The position numbers and the translations under genes were made by a program. DNA of 64,000 bases. Source: Isurus oxyrinchus. Lineage: Eukaryota. Of the stretch, positions 41,258-54,849 are shown in pieces (the first letter of the stretch is position 1; each line of letters opens with the position of its first letter). The DNA lies in contig JANJGN010000017.1 of the NCBI GenBank assembly GCA_026770705.1, forward strand, positions 43,772,001 through 43,836,000, given 5' to 3'. A model generated the notes under the pieces. It worked only from the letters and a program-made list of their open reading frames with translations, was not told where the DNA came from and did no database searches.

Positions 41258-42622
41258 CTATAGAGGAACACATACAGTTTATTTGCTTTGGTAAGTATTT
41301 TTGAAGAATCTTCTATTATTCATACTCTAGAAGTATTAGTACTAAATTATTAACATCAGGTATTATTGACAATTACGAACAAGTGAACAGGTAAAGTTGC
41401 ACTGGTGCAACGAGCCTGTCACACAAGGTATACAAGATATACAGCCCCACCACCGTCAAGAAATAAACAAAGTAATATGTGTTCAGGATGGCCACTTTCC
41501 ACTGCACATTCAGGGAGTGAAACCCCTTGCGGTGGTGATACATCACTGCATTTTGATGCAGAACCTATAAAGCCACATGTGTGCGGTCAATGGCACCCTG
41601 TACAATGGGGATAGCTGCTATCGTGATAAAGCCAAGCTGCACAACATGGAACCAACTGACCTCCCTTGCCCTAGACTACTGACTGCCAGTCACCTCCTTC
41701 ATTGCAGTACATGACAAAATGAGAGTTTGTGGCCACAGTCACTGACAGTGCCATCCTTGCGCTGCTCTGGGGCTGCAGCTCTGCCCACCAGGCGCAATAG
41801 ATTTCAAGGCGCACCGGCTTTGTAAAACAGAGATGTCAAACAATTTTGCCGGAAACTACTGCTCTCACTGGTGCAGAGATTTAACGTGGCAAGGACGCAC
41901 GGGAATCTCACCACACACCTACCTCTGCCAGAATTAAGAATTGGGCAGAAAGGCCCATCGTCAAGCTCCCTTGCCCGTTGCCACTTTTAGAACTTAAGGG
42001 GCCAATTAATGATTACTTAAGAGCCTCATCCCCCCACCGTTGGTCTTGACCCAGCTGCAGGCGTCACTGTCACCATGCGTTACAGCTAAAACAGTGCGAC
42101 CGCTTGTCGACTCTTTGGGTGGAGATGGGCAAAAGGAGTTCCATCGATCATGGACCCTCAGAGTCTGACTGAGGACAGGAGATCTGGAAGTGGGAGCCCA
42201 CTAAGACCCAGCCCCCCGCTCTGATGCCAACAACCCTGCTCTCCTGACAGTAACATGGAAGTTGTTGATGATCCTTTTATATCAGGTTGATGGTTAGCCC
42301 TGTCAGCTCCTGAATGCCTGTTTAGCCGTGTGAGGTTCAGAGATGACATGCGCTGGAATAATGATGTCAGATGCACCAGAGTGAGGGTCACATCAGCTTT
42401 ACACGGTGACTGATACGGTGACTGATGTCACGATCTGTCTGCATACTTGCAGCACACGCTCCTAATGCCCACCCAATGCCATTATCAAAATCAGGCCAGG
42501 CAAGTCTCAATGATATTTGGTGGCTATGGAGAGAGATTTTACAGTTACCGTATTTCAGGTTGACCCAGTTTGACCATTTGAAATAGTAATGAACCGATCT
42601 GTCCTGACCATAATATCACAGA

Positions 42623-44463
42623 TCACAAGACACACTGCAGAAAAATATCTCACATCTTCAGGACTCAGCTGTACTGATTCACAATATGAACTACAACTTT
42701 CATTGACATGTCATTCTTAAGTTTAACAGTCATTATTGTAATCATAACATACTAACAACATAAATTTAAATATTAGCTCATTTGCTGAAAGTTCTCTTAC
42801 CGTAATTAATATAAGAGCAGTGATCACAGAAATCAGAACAACAGTTGCCATAAAATTGACAGCTGTAATCACAGGAACAACCTGATGAATTTCCCCCACA
42901 GTTGTATCTGCATGAGCCGTGTCCTGTTATAACGTAAATGGCAAGTTAGATCTGATATTATGTTGATTGTTACCAAGGATGCAGATTACAATTTTCAAAG
43001 AAATGTAATGAAGTTTTATCATTCCAAAATGGATCAATACATTTTTAATCTATTTCCATACCTGTTGATGTAGTCTCAGAATTCTCTGTTGAAACAAAAC
43101 AATTGCATAAGTAAGTAGAATATTTTTTCATATCCATTCCCAACCTGATAGATAGTTCAGTAGAAGAGAAATCACAGAAATCAGAACAATTGCCATAATA
43201 CTGACAGCTATAATCACAGGAACAACCTGATGAATATTCCCCACAGTTTTTTCTGCATGAGCCGTGTCCTGATATACAGTTAATGGCAAGTTAGATCTGA
43301 TAATATGTTGAATTTTAACAAGGATGCAGATTACAATTCACAAAGAAATGTAAGGAACACTTATCAATGAAAAGTGGATCAAACATTTTCTGGAAGGTAT
43401 TTTCCATACCTGTTGTTGTGCGTTCAGGAGTCTCTGCAAAATAAAAAAATAAGATAGGTACGAAGATTATTTTTTCATCCATTCCCCACCTGACACATTC
43501 AGTAGAACAGGAGAATCTATCAACACATGCTTGGTACAATGTGCTGCAGAAAGGATTCCTGCCCCCACTTGCGATGATTCTATTGTTGTCGGGCGTGGAA
43601 AGGCTGCAGAGTGTGATTCACACAGGAGGGAATCCCAAACACAGCAGGGCTGAATTCAAACACACCCCATTTGGATGTTGTGAGGGCCTCAACCCTCAGT
43701 GTGGGGGTCACAAATTGATGGAGTAGAGGTAAATGCTCTTGAACTGTGGCTAAGGCCAATATCCCTAACTGACATGGTCAGAAGTTTTTTGTATGTCCCA
43801 TTCTTTAAACTTAAAAAAAGGCTGCCGCTCTCACTGAATCTTATCAGAGAATCACAGAATCACAGTGCAGAAGAGGCCCTTTGGCCCATCGAGTCTGCAC
43901 TGACACGTGAGAAACACCTGACCTACCTACCTAATCCCATTTCCCAGCACTTGGCCCAAAGCCTTGAATGTTATGATGTGCCAAGTGATCATCCAGGTAT
44001 TTTTTAAAGGTTATAAGGCAACCTGCCTACACCACCCTCCCAGGCAATGCATTCCAGACTGTCACCACCCTCTGGGTAAAAATGCTTTTCCTCTGATCCC
44101 CCCTAAATATCCTGCCCCTCACCTTGAACTTTTGCCCCCAAGTGACTGCTCCTTCAACTAAGGGGAACAGCTGCTCCTTATCCACCCTACCCATGCACCT
44201 CATATGTCTGGTGTCCTATTGTAACTCCCAAACGGTGAGCGGGCAGCAGGGATTTGGTAATTCCATGTTTACGGAGATAATATGCAGACTTTATACGACA
44301 CTTTACGAAGACTTAACCAAATCAACAAGGTGATTCTCTGAGTACAGACATTAAGGTTAATTGTTCTGGCGGATATTGGGTGAACAAAATATACAAACTG
44401 ATAATGTAACAGAAATTGAGGTTAAATATTACTGACCTGTTGTTGAAGAAACACTGCAATATC
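42623..44463 (-). CDS. Cassette 4: stalk micro-exons + anchor + stop exon
   Basis: Exons 44437-44463, 43410-43433 (ETPERTTT), 43062-43085, 42801-42862, 42623-42634. Confidence 0.62.
43845..44203 (-). mobile_element. CR1 LINE 3' fragment (last array copy)
   Basis: As other copies. The homologous site is empty at ~48250 and ~51385. Confidence 0.88.
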
Positions 44464-45817
44464 CTATAGAGGAACACATACAGTTTATTTGCTTTGGTAA
44501 GTGTTTTTGAAGAATCTTCTATTATTCATACTCATAGAAGTATTAATACTAAATTATTAACATCAGGTATTATTGACAATTACGAACAAGTGAACAGGTA
44601 AAGTTGCACTGGTGCAACGAGCCTGTCACACAAGGTATACAAGATATACAGCCCCCCCACTGTCAAGAAATAACAAAATAAAATGTGTTCAGGATGGCCA
44701 CTTTCCACTGCACATTCAGGGAGTGAAACCCCTTGCGGTGGTGATACATCACTGCATTTTGATGCAGAACCTATATAGCCACATGTGTGCGGTCAATGGC
44801 ACCCTGCACAATGGGGATAACTGCTATCGTGCTAAAGCCAAGCTGCACAATATGGAACCAACTGACCTCCTTTGCCCTAGACTACTGACTGCCAGTCACC
44901 TCCTTCATTGCAGTACATGACAAAATGAGAGTTTGTGGCCACAGTCACTGACAGTGCCATCCTTGCGCTGCTTTGGGGCTGCAGCTCTGCCCACCAGGCG
45001 CAATAGATTTCAAGGCACACCTGCTTTGTAAAACAGAGATGTCAAACAAGTTTCCCGGAAACTACTGCTCTCGCTGGTGCAGAGATTTAACGTGGTCAGG
45101 ACGCACGGGAATCTCACCACACACCTACCTCTGCCAGAATTAAGAATTGGGCAGAAAGGCCCATCGTCAAGCTCCCTTGCCTGTTGCTACTTTCAGAACT
45201 TAAGGGGCCAATTATTGATTACTTATGAGCCTCATCCCCCCACCGTTGGTCTTGACCCAGCTGCAGGCGTCCCTGTCACCATGCGTTACAGCTAAGACAG
45301 TGCAACCGCTTGTCGACTCTTTGGGTCGTGATGGGCAAAAGGAGTTCCATCGATCATGGACCCTCAGAGTCTGATTGAGGACAGGAGATCTGGAAGTGGG
45401 AGCCCACTAAGACCCAGCCCCGCGCTCTGATGCCAATAACCCTACTCTCCTGACAGTAACATGGAAGTTGTTGATGATCCTTTTATATCGGATTGATGTG
45501 TGGTCCTGTCAGCTCCTGAATGCCTGTTTAGCCGTGTGAGGTTAAGAGATGACATGAGCTGGAATAATGATGTCCGATGCGCCATAGTGAGCGTCACATC
45601 AGCATTACACACTGACTGATGTCACGATCTGCCTGCATACTTGCAGCACACATTCCTAATGCCCACCCAATGCCATTGTCTAAATTAAGCCAGGCAAGTC
45701 TCACTGAAAATATGGTCGCTATGGAGAGAGATTTTACAGTTACCGTATTTCAGGTTGACCCAGTTTGACCATTTGAAATAGTAATGAACCAATCTGTCCT
45801 GACCATAATATCACAGA

Positions 45818-48506
45818 TCACAAGACACACTGCAGAAAAATATCTCACATCTTCAGGACTCAGCTGTACTGATTCACAATATGAACTAGAACTTTCATTG
45901 ATGTGTCATTCTTATGTTTAACACTCATTATTGTAATCATAATATACTAACAACATAAATTTAAATATTAGCTCATTTGCTGAAAGTTCTCTTACCGTAA
46001 TTAATGTAAGAGCAGTGATCACAGAAATCAGAACAACAGTTGCCATAATATTGACAGCTATAATCACAGGAACAACCTGATGAATTTCCCCCACAGTTGG
46101 ATCTGCATGAGCCGTGTCCTGTTATACAGTAAATGGCCGGTTAGATCTGATATTATGTTGATTGTTAACAAGGATGCTGTTTACAATTTTCTAAGAAATG
46201 TAATGAAGTTTTATCATTCCAAAATGGATCAATACATTTTTTTAACGTATTTCCATACCTGTTGATGTAGTTTCAGAATTCTCTGTTGAAACAAAAAAAT
46301 AGCATAAGTAAGATTATTTTTTCATATCCATTCCCTATCTGACATGTTCAGTAGAATATAAGAATCTATCATCACATGCTAGGTACCACTTGCTGCAGAA
46401 AAGATGCTCTATGCTACATGCCAGTGGACAAAAACAAATGTCTGCAGATTGGAAAGGACATAATATTGAAGGCATTTAAGTTTCTTTCTGGTCCTTTTGG
46501 TTTAGTCTTCTCATTCAAAACACTTTTAAAAATGCTATAATTGCTTTTCACAATTAAACAAGTGTCAACATGATGTAATCCTTTGAGGAACATTGATCAA
46601 GAAACATTGGCCAGAAAATTCCTCAAGAAGTTGACATCCTGACCAGTGAAATCTGCCATTGATCCCGGTAAAGTTCACGTGGTCAGGTATGGAGAACAAG
46701 GGGAGCCACATACGCCACTTGCATCCTCTCCCATCCCACCCCTCATGCAAAAATGTTGGAAATGCTTATCATAATTGCCAGTCCAGGAGAGAGCTGGGGT
46801 GCCCTTTTGGATCCCACAGGCATGTCATTTACTGGAACCAAAGAAGCAGCAAGTCCACATTAATCTGATTCCTTTTTGTCCTACAGCCTCCTACACCTTG
46901 TGCTCTCCTGCTGGTACACACAGCGCCACCAGCTTTTTCCACGCCCTCTTGAGAATGCCCCATTCAAGTGAGCCACAGTCAGTAGTGGCCTTAAAAGGAG
47001 CGCTATCCTGATGTCACATGGCCCCACCGGTTGGTACGATGCCACATTGCCGATTTTGGACCCTCACAGGTCAGGTGACTAATTCGCTTGTCCCCCTCTA
47101 AGGAACGAACAGACAGCTGCAAGATGGACACTGCACTCAGAGTGTTTAAAGCGTTAGGCACCCAATTTCCAGGCTTGGTTCATATTTAAGAGCTTCTGCT
47201 TTTGCAAAGCGTCTGGAAGCACCCTGCAGTGGCTTTGCCTGGTGTTGTGATGAGTTCCTGGATTTGGCTGAATGTGATTCCAAATCCTCACAGGGAGGCA
47301 AAGGTTTAAGTGGCATGAACTACAACAGGCACTGAGGAAATGGTGGCAGTGTGTCTGGGTCTGCAGCATGACAAGGGAATGGAGAAGAGGGCATGTACAG
47401 GGCAAACTCTATGAGATACCCTGTGCCAACTTGCAGATTGACTCATCCAAGCTCCTTGATAGAGACAGGAGGCTGTCTGGCAGACTGCCAAATGCACAAA
47501 TCACTAAAACTGGATGCACAGTTAAATAAGGTCACTTTAAGCCAAGCACTCGGGTGCATTTCTACAGGACTAGAATTGAGAAGTACAGAAGTTATGCTAA
47601 GCCTGTATTGATCATTGTTTGGATGACACTTGGAGCAATGTTTACAGTTCTGGCTGCCATATTGTTAAAAAAGACATAGAGACAGTGGAGAAGGTGCAAA
47701 GAAAGAATGGCACCACAACTGTGAGGTACTACATATCAGGAATGGCTGAACAGGCTGGAGTTCTTCCCCTTGAGAAGGTAAAGGTGAGGGGTGATCCAGT
47801 GCAGGTCTTCAAAATTAGGAAATATTTTGATAAGACATACACAGAGCCAACACCAGCAAAAACGTATATCTATTTAGCACCTTTAACAGAATAAAATAAT
47901 ACAAGGTGCTTCACAGGAGCATCATAAAACAAAACATTGCTTTGAACCTGGGATGTGGAAGTCCCGCCCCCATGTCTGACAGATCTAATTGTTGCCAGCA
48001 GTGGAAAGGCTGCAGGGTGTGATTCACACAGGAGCGAAACCCAAACACAGCCGGGCTGAGTTCAAAAACACCCCATCACCCCATTTGGATGTTGTGAGGG
48101 CCTCAACCCACAGTGAGGGTCATGAATTGATGGAGAAAACATAAATGCTCTTGAATGGTGGCTAAAGCCCATAAAACTGACAGGGTCAGAAGTTTTTTAC
48201 ATGACCCATTCTTTAAGCTTAAAAAAAGGCTGCAGCTCTCACTGGATCCTTATGTGTGGTGTCTAATTGTAACTCCCAAACGTTGAGTGGGCAGCAGGGA
48301 TTTGGATGACTGTATGTTTTGGGAGATAATATGCAGACTTTAGATAGCAGTTTACAAAAATTTTACCAAATCAGTGATGCTCCGAGTGCAGAAATTAAGA
48401 TTAATTGTTCTGACTGATATAGTGTCAGCAAATTTACAAACTGACAATTTAACAGAAAATGAGCTTAAATATTACTAACCTGTTGTTGAAGAAACACTGC
48501 AGTATC
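45818..48506 (-). CDS. Cassette 3 (diverged): stalk micro-exons + anchor + stop exon
   Basis: Exons 48480-48506 (GYCSVSSTT), 46259-46282 (ENSETTST), 45996-46057 ([21 protein letters not shown]), 45818-45829 (CVL*). Confidence 0.62.
47500..47840 (+). mobile_element. Degenerate CR1-clade LINE ORF2 fragment
   Basis: Remnants of CR1 RT C-terminal motifs (EVMLSLY, KDIETVEKVQR, RGDPVQVFKI). Confidence 0.75.
47858..47940 (-). mobile_element. Short L2-like LINE 3' tail remnant
   Basis: tatttagcacctttaac...aaggtgcttcacaggagc resembles the reverse complement of fish/shark L2 3' ends. Recognised from memory only. Confidence 0.4.
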
Positions 48507-50430
48507 CTACAGAGGAACACATACAGCTTATTTGCTTTGCTAAGTGTTTTTAAAGAATCTTCTATCATTCATACTCATAGAAATATTAATATAACGCTTG
48601 ACAAAAATAAATTATTACCATCAGGTATTATAACATTTATGAACAAATGAAGAGGAAAGGTCTCACTGGTGCAGCGAGCCTGTCACATAAAACATACGAT
48701 ATATACAGCCAAACCACCATCAAGAAATGAAATAAAATAAATTAAAATGTGTTCAGGATGGCCACTCTCCACTGCACATTCAGGGAGCGAAGCCCTGCCT
48801 TTTGATGCAGAACCTACGAAATCACATGTGTGCGGTCAATGGCACCCTGCACAATGGGGAAAGCTGGTATCCTGATGAAGCTACGGTGCACAAGAGGGGA
48901 CAAACTGACCTCCCCTGACCTAAACTACTGACTGCTGGTCACACCCAACAGTGCAGTGGATAGCAAATGTGCACCTGCTTTGTAAAACAGACATGTCACA
49001 CAAGTTGGCTGGAAACTTCTGCTCTCGCTGGTGGAGAGCTTGAAGGTGGCAAGAACGCACGGGAATCTCACTGCACACCTACCTCTGCCAGAATTGAGAT
49101 CTGGGTCAGAAGGCTCATCAACAATCTCCCTTGCTCACCTCCACTTGAGGACATTAAGGGGCCAATTAATCATTACTTAAGAGCCTCATCCCCCCATCCT
49201 TGGTCTTGACCCAGCTGCAGTTGGGCCTGTCACCATGCATGACAGCTAAAACAGTGCGACTGCTTGTCAACTCTGGGCATCGTGATGGGCAAAGGGGGGT
49301 TCCATCGGTCATGGACACTCAGGGTCTGATTGAGGACAGGAGGTCTGGAAGTAGGAGCCCACTAAGACGCAGCCCCCCTCCCTGCTGCCAACCCACTGCA
49401 CTCCTCCCCCTACAAATGTCACCCCGTGAAACCTAGCCGTGCAATACTTACCTGTGCCCTGCATTGCTCCATGATCCTTAGACTCCATTGCCTGTCCTTC
49501 TGGCAGCAGCCACGTCCACCACATTGGCGCTGTTGAATGCAGGAGCTGCAGTCTCTGCCTGACCGGCAGCACTTGGTAGGCAAGAATTCTGCGCATTGGG
49601 TCTTGGTTGCAGATGACTGCCCGCCGATGATGCCACCACTGTGTGTGGTTTGGTGCACAGCCCGGATCTCTCAGCAGCTTCCCAGCTGCCAGGTGACACC
49701 CGGAACACCTCAAGAAGGTTCCGCCCCTTGTTCATCAGTGAGGTTGTGGTAAGAGAATTACTCCCTGAGGACCCTGGTTGCAGGAGGCATTGTACTGAGA
49801 GTACTCACCCCCCTCCTCCCCATCTCTACGAGCAGCTTGTCCTGCTCTGTGCTGCCTCTGCTCTATCTCTGCAGATCAACAAGGATGGTAACTATATCAC
49901 CCATGACTGACAGCAAGTGATCTGAACTGAAACCTTCAAGTGAGAACCAAGACCTTCACCACATGTGACACCAATCCCTGTAAACGCCATCAACTTTAAA
50001 CACCTGTAGAAAACTCACAACATTTCTACAAACTCAGCAAAACCCAGCTGAAATCTGAACCTGACAGTAAGTTGGACAGATTTGATGATCCTTTTATATT
50101 GGGTTGATGGGTGGTCCTGTCAGCTCCTGAATGGCTGTCCTGCTGTGCGAAGTTAAGAAATGGACATGAGCTGGAATAATGATGTCAGTCATGCCAGAGT
50201 GAGCTTTACATCAGCTTTACACACTGACTGACGTCACTGATCTGTCTGCATATATCCAGCACACACTCCTAATACCCACCCAATGCCCTTGTCAAAATTA
50301 AGCCAGGCGCAGATCAATGAAAATATAGGCGCTATGGAGCCACATTTTGCAGTCACCATATTTCAGGTTGACCCAGTTTGAATATTTGAAATAGCAAAGC
50401 TCCGATCTGTCCTGACCATAATGTCACAGA

Positions 50431-51644
50431 TCACAATGCACACTGCAGGAAAAAACCTCACACCATCAGAACTCAGCTATACTGATTCACAATATGAACT
50501 GCAATTTCATTAAAGTTTCACTCTTAAGTTGAACAGTAATTTTTTTGTATTCATAATATACTAACAACATAAATTTAAATATTAGCTCATTTACTGGAAG
50601 TTCTCTTACCGTAATTAATGTAAGAGCAGTGATCACAGAAATCAGAACAACAGTTGCCATAATATTGACAGCTGTAATCACAGGAACAACCTGATGAATT
50701 TCCCCCACAGTTGTATCTGCATGAGCCGTGTCCTGTTATAACGTAAATGGCAAGTTAGATCTGATATTATGTTGATTGTTAACAAGGATGCAGATTACAA
50801 TTTACAAAGAAATGTAAGGAACACTTATCATTCAAAAGTGGATCAAACATTTTCTAGAAAGTATTTTCCGTACCTGTTGTTCCGGGCTTAGAAGTCTCTG
50901 TTAAAACTAAAAAAATGCATAAGTAAGAAGATTATTTTTCATATCCATTCCCTACTGACATGTTCAGTAGAATAAGAGAATCTATCAACACATGCTAGGT
51001 ACATCTTGCTCAGAAAAGAAGCTCTGTGCTACACACCAATAGACAAAAACCACTGATTGCAGACTGGAAAGGACATAATGTTAGTTTTTTTAAAGCTATT
51101 TCTCATATTAATTCCCAATGCTGTGTCAGCCTGTGTCAAAATAATAAAAATAATTGCATCAAACAAGAATATTTTTCATATTGGTTCAGGCTTCAAACCT
51201 CATTTGATGTTTTTGAACATGATTTAATAAAGAAAAGTGAGCAGGACATTTGTTGATGGGTGATGTCCATTAGGGTTGTGCCTCCCAAAGATGATGCAGG
51301 TGCAGGCAAAGTTTAACACTTGAGGTAAGTGCCAATTTCCCTTCACCTTTAGACTTGGTGGAGGGAGCATTCCCACTGGATCCTCATGTCTGGTGGCCAA
51401 TTGTAACTCCTAATCGGTGAGTGGGCAGCAGGGATTTGGATGACCTCAATTTTATGGAGATAATATGCAGACTTTAGACGTCTGTTCACAAAGACTTTAC
51501 CAAATCAGTGATGTGATTCTCTGAGTACAGACATTAAGATTAATTGTTCTGACTGATATAGAGTCAGCAAATATACAAACTGACAATGTAACAGAAAATG
51601 ACTTAAATATTACTGACCTGTTGTTGAATAAACACTGCAGTATC
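50431..51644 (-). CDS. Cassette 2 (diverged): stalk micro-exons + anchor + stop exon
   Basis: Exons 51618-51644 (GYCSVYSTT), 50874-50897 (ETSKPGTT), 50610-50671 ([21 protein letters not shown]), 50431-50442 (CAL*). Confidence 0.62.
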
Positions 51645-53501
51645 CTATGGAGGAACACATGCAGCTTATTTGGTTTGGTAAGTGTTTTTGAAGAATCTTC
51701 TATCATTCATACTCATAGAAATATTAATATAATACATGACAAAAATAAATAATTACCATCAGGTGTTATTGACATTCATGAGCAAACAGACATAAGGTTC
51801 ACTGGTACAGCCAGCCTGTCACACACAACATGCCATATAGACAGCCCCACAATCATCAAGAAATCAAACAAAAGATAATGCACTCAAAATGGCCACACTC
51901 CACAACACATTCAGGGAGTGAAACCCTTTGTGGTTTTGATACATCTCTGCATTTAGATGTAGAACCTACAAAGTGACATGTGTGTGGTCAATGGCACCCT
52001 GCATAATTGGGAAAGCTGCTATCCTGATCAAGCTACAGTGCATAAGAGGGATCAAACTGACCTCCCCTGCCCTAGACTACTGACTGCCAGTCACCCCCTA
52101 CATTGCATACATGGCAAACTGAGAGGTGCAGTTTGTGGCCACAGTCACTGACAGTGCCATCCTTGTGCTGCTCTGGGGCTGCAGCTCTGCCCACCAGACG
52201 CAATAGACTTCAATGTGCACCTGCTTTGTAAAACAGAGATGTCACACACATTGCTTGGAGGCTTCTGCTCTCGCTGGTGGAGAGCTTGAAGGTGGCAAGG
52301 ACGCATGGGAATCTCACTGCACACCTACCTCTGCCAGAATTAAGATCTGGGCGGGAAGACCCAAACTCGACCACCCTGCCCTGCTGTCAATTGAGGTCCT
52401 TAAGTGGCCAAATGATGACCATTTAAGGGCCTCTTCATGCGGCCACTGGTCTTAACTCAATGGGAGGTTGGCCTGTCACCATGCAACAGTCACAACAGGT
52501 AAAACTCTGTAGCCAGTTGGGGAGGGGCCATTCACTCAATCAAAAGTACTCATTTCCTGATTGAGGAACGGAAATCAGGATCTGGAGGACCCTATGAGAG
52601 CAATCCCTCTGCCATTGCCATGAACCCCCAGAACCCCACACCCCAGACCCCACCCCATGAAATCTCCACCTTGACACTATGTACATGTGGCCTGCATCAG
52701 TCCGTGATCCTGGGACTCTGGTGCCTGTCCTTCCAACAGCAGCTTCAATCTTCCCATTGGCACCTCTGATTGGCCAGCAGCTCTTGGTAGGTGAGGGGGT
52801 TTTGATTCCAGGTGAACCTTCCTGAAAAGAGGCAGTCCACATCTCTCACTGGCTTTCGAGACAGTAGACGAGATGCTCGATGCATCAGCAAGATTCCACA
52901 CATTGTTCCTCAGTGAGGTTGAGGTAAGAAAATTGCTCCCTGAAGACACTGGGTGCATAAGGCATTGTACTGAGAGTACTCATCCCCCTCCTCCATGACT
53001 CCACAAGCAGTTTGTCCTGCTCTGTGCTGCCTCTGCTCTATCTCTGCAGGTCAAAGAGGATGGTAACTATATCACCCATGACTGACAGCAAGTGATCTGA
53101 ACTGAAATCTTGAAGTGAGAACCAAGACCTTCACCACCTGTGACACCACTCCCTGTAAACGCCATCAACTTTAAACATCTGTAGAAAACTCACATTTCTA
53201 CAAACTCAGTAAAACACAGTTGAAACCTGAACCTGACAGTAACATGGAAGTAATTGATGATCCTTTTATATTGGGTTGATAGGTGGTCCTGTTGGCACCT
53301 GAATGCCTGTTCAGCTGTGTGAGGTTAAGAGATGACATGACCTGGAGTAATGAGGCTGGATGTGCCAGAGTGAGTGTCACATCAGCTTTTCACACTGACT
53401 GCATACTTCCAGCACTCCTAATGCCCATCCAATGCCCTTGTCAAAATCAGGCCAGGCACGGCTCACTGAAAATATGGTCGCTATGGAGAGAGATTTTACA
53501 G

Positions 53502-54357
53502 TCACCTCAGGTTGAAGATTTGAAATAGCAAAGCATTGATCTGTCCTGACCATAATGTCACAGACAACAAGACACACTGCAGAAAAAAACTCACACCATC
53601 AGGACTTAGCTACACTGATTCACAATATGAACTTTCATTAACGTGTCATTCTTAAGTTTAAAAGTCATTATTGTAATCATAATATACTAACAACATAAAT
53701 TTAAATATTAGCTCATTTGCTGGAGTTCTCTTACCGTAATTAATGTAAGAACAGTGATCACAGAAATCAGAACAACAGTTGCCATAATATTGACAGCTGT
53801 AATCACAGGAACAATCTGATGAATTTCCCCCACAGTTGTATCTGCATGAGCCGTGTCCTGTTATACAGTAAATGGCAAGTTAGATCTGATATTATGTTGA
53901 TTATTATTAAAGATGCAGATTACAATTTACAAAGAAACGTAAGGAACATTTATCATTCAAAAGTGGATCAAACATTTTCTAGAAAGTATATTCCATACCC
54001 GTTGCTGTAGTTTCAGAAGTCTCTGTTAAAATAAAAAATAGCATAAGTAAGAGGAATATTTTTTCATATCCATTCCCTACCTAACATGTTCAATAGAATA
54101 GTGATCACAGAAATCAGAACATTTGCCATAATACTGACAGCTGTAATCACAGGAACAACCTGATGAATATCCCCCACAGCTGTATCTGCATGAGCCATGT
54201 CCTATTATACAGTAAATGGCAAGTTAGATCTGATATTATGTTGATTATTAACAAGGATTGTTAACAAAGAAATTAAATGAAGTTTTATCATTCAAAAGTG
54301 GATCAAACATTTTCTAGAAGGTATTTTCCATACCTGTTGTTCTGTGTTCAGAAGCCT
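53502..54357 (-). CDS. Cassette 1 (closest to CUB): stalk micro-exons + anchor + extended terminal exon
   Basis: Exons 54334-54357 (EASEHRTT), 53999-54022 (ETSETTAT), 53735-53796 ([21 protein letters not shown]), 53502-53576 (CVLLSVTLWSGQINALLFQIFNLR*). Confidence 0.62.
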
Positions 54358-54849
54358 CTGTTAAAACTAAAAAAAATGCATATGTAAGAAGAATATTTTT
54401 CATACCTATTTAAATCCCAAACCTCGTTTGATCTTTTTGATTGGCACTAATAAAAGAATGACCAGGTCTGATGAACCTTTGTACTACCTGGCGTAAATTC
54501 TTTCATCTTTCTCCCCTTAGCACCGTTAGTGGCACCAAGTCAATCTGCTATCTGACATGCTTAGAAGAATAGGAGAAAGCGCTGAGCCCGATAAGGGATG
54601 TAAGGTGCTAGATTTTCACAGAGTCCAGAAGATTCCGTTCACATTTCAAAATTGCAGACATTGGTCAGATCCTTTTACAACAACTCCCATTTTTACCGGT
54701 CTGCTTTCAATGACAGACGTGGGTTAGAAAACTAGTGTCTGGTGGTACAGTTTCAATAGAACATTTTATTTAAAATTCCATGAGGACTAACATTATGTCA
54801 TTATAGATGCTTGGCTGAGTTTCAAAAGCTACAATTATTACAGAAAAAG

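Larger units (their letters stand above)
1..54400. repeat. Tandem array of ~17 units of 2.7-4.0 kb (homogeneous core period 3.19-3.21 kb, ~5-45 kb), continuing past the left edge
   Basis: The marker exon GYCSVSSTT recurs at 527, 3221, 6053, 9250, 12439, 15637, 18833, 22030, 25227, 28425, 31620, 34815, 38023, 41231, 44437, 48480 and 51618. The ORF track repeats with the same period. Units at 46-54 kb are more diverged. Confidence 0.97.

Noticed and set aside
164-44920. The repeated 60-130 aa ORFs in the ORF track as a tandem gene family
   Set aside because: They are CR1 remnants, antisense frames or intron read-through. Many begin at non-ATG codons, and they are broken by frameshifts between near-identical units.
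1-54400. Array as an rDNA/5S, snRNA, tRNA, histone or CRISPR-like repeat
   Set aside because: I recognised no structural RNA, histone coding sequence or repeat-spacer pattern in the unit.
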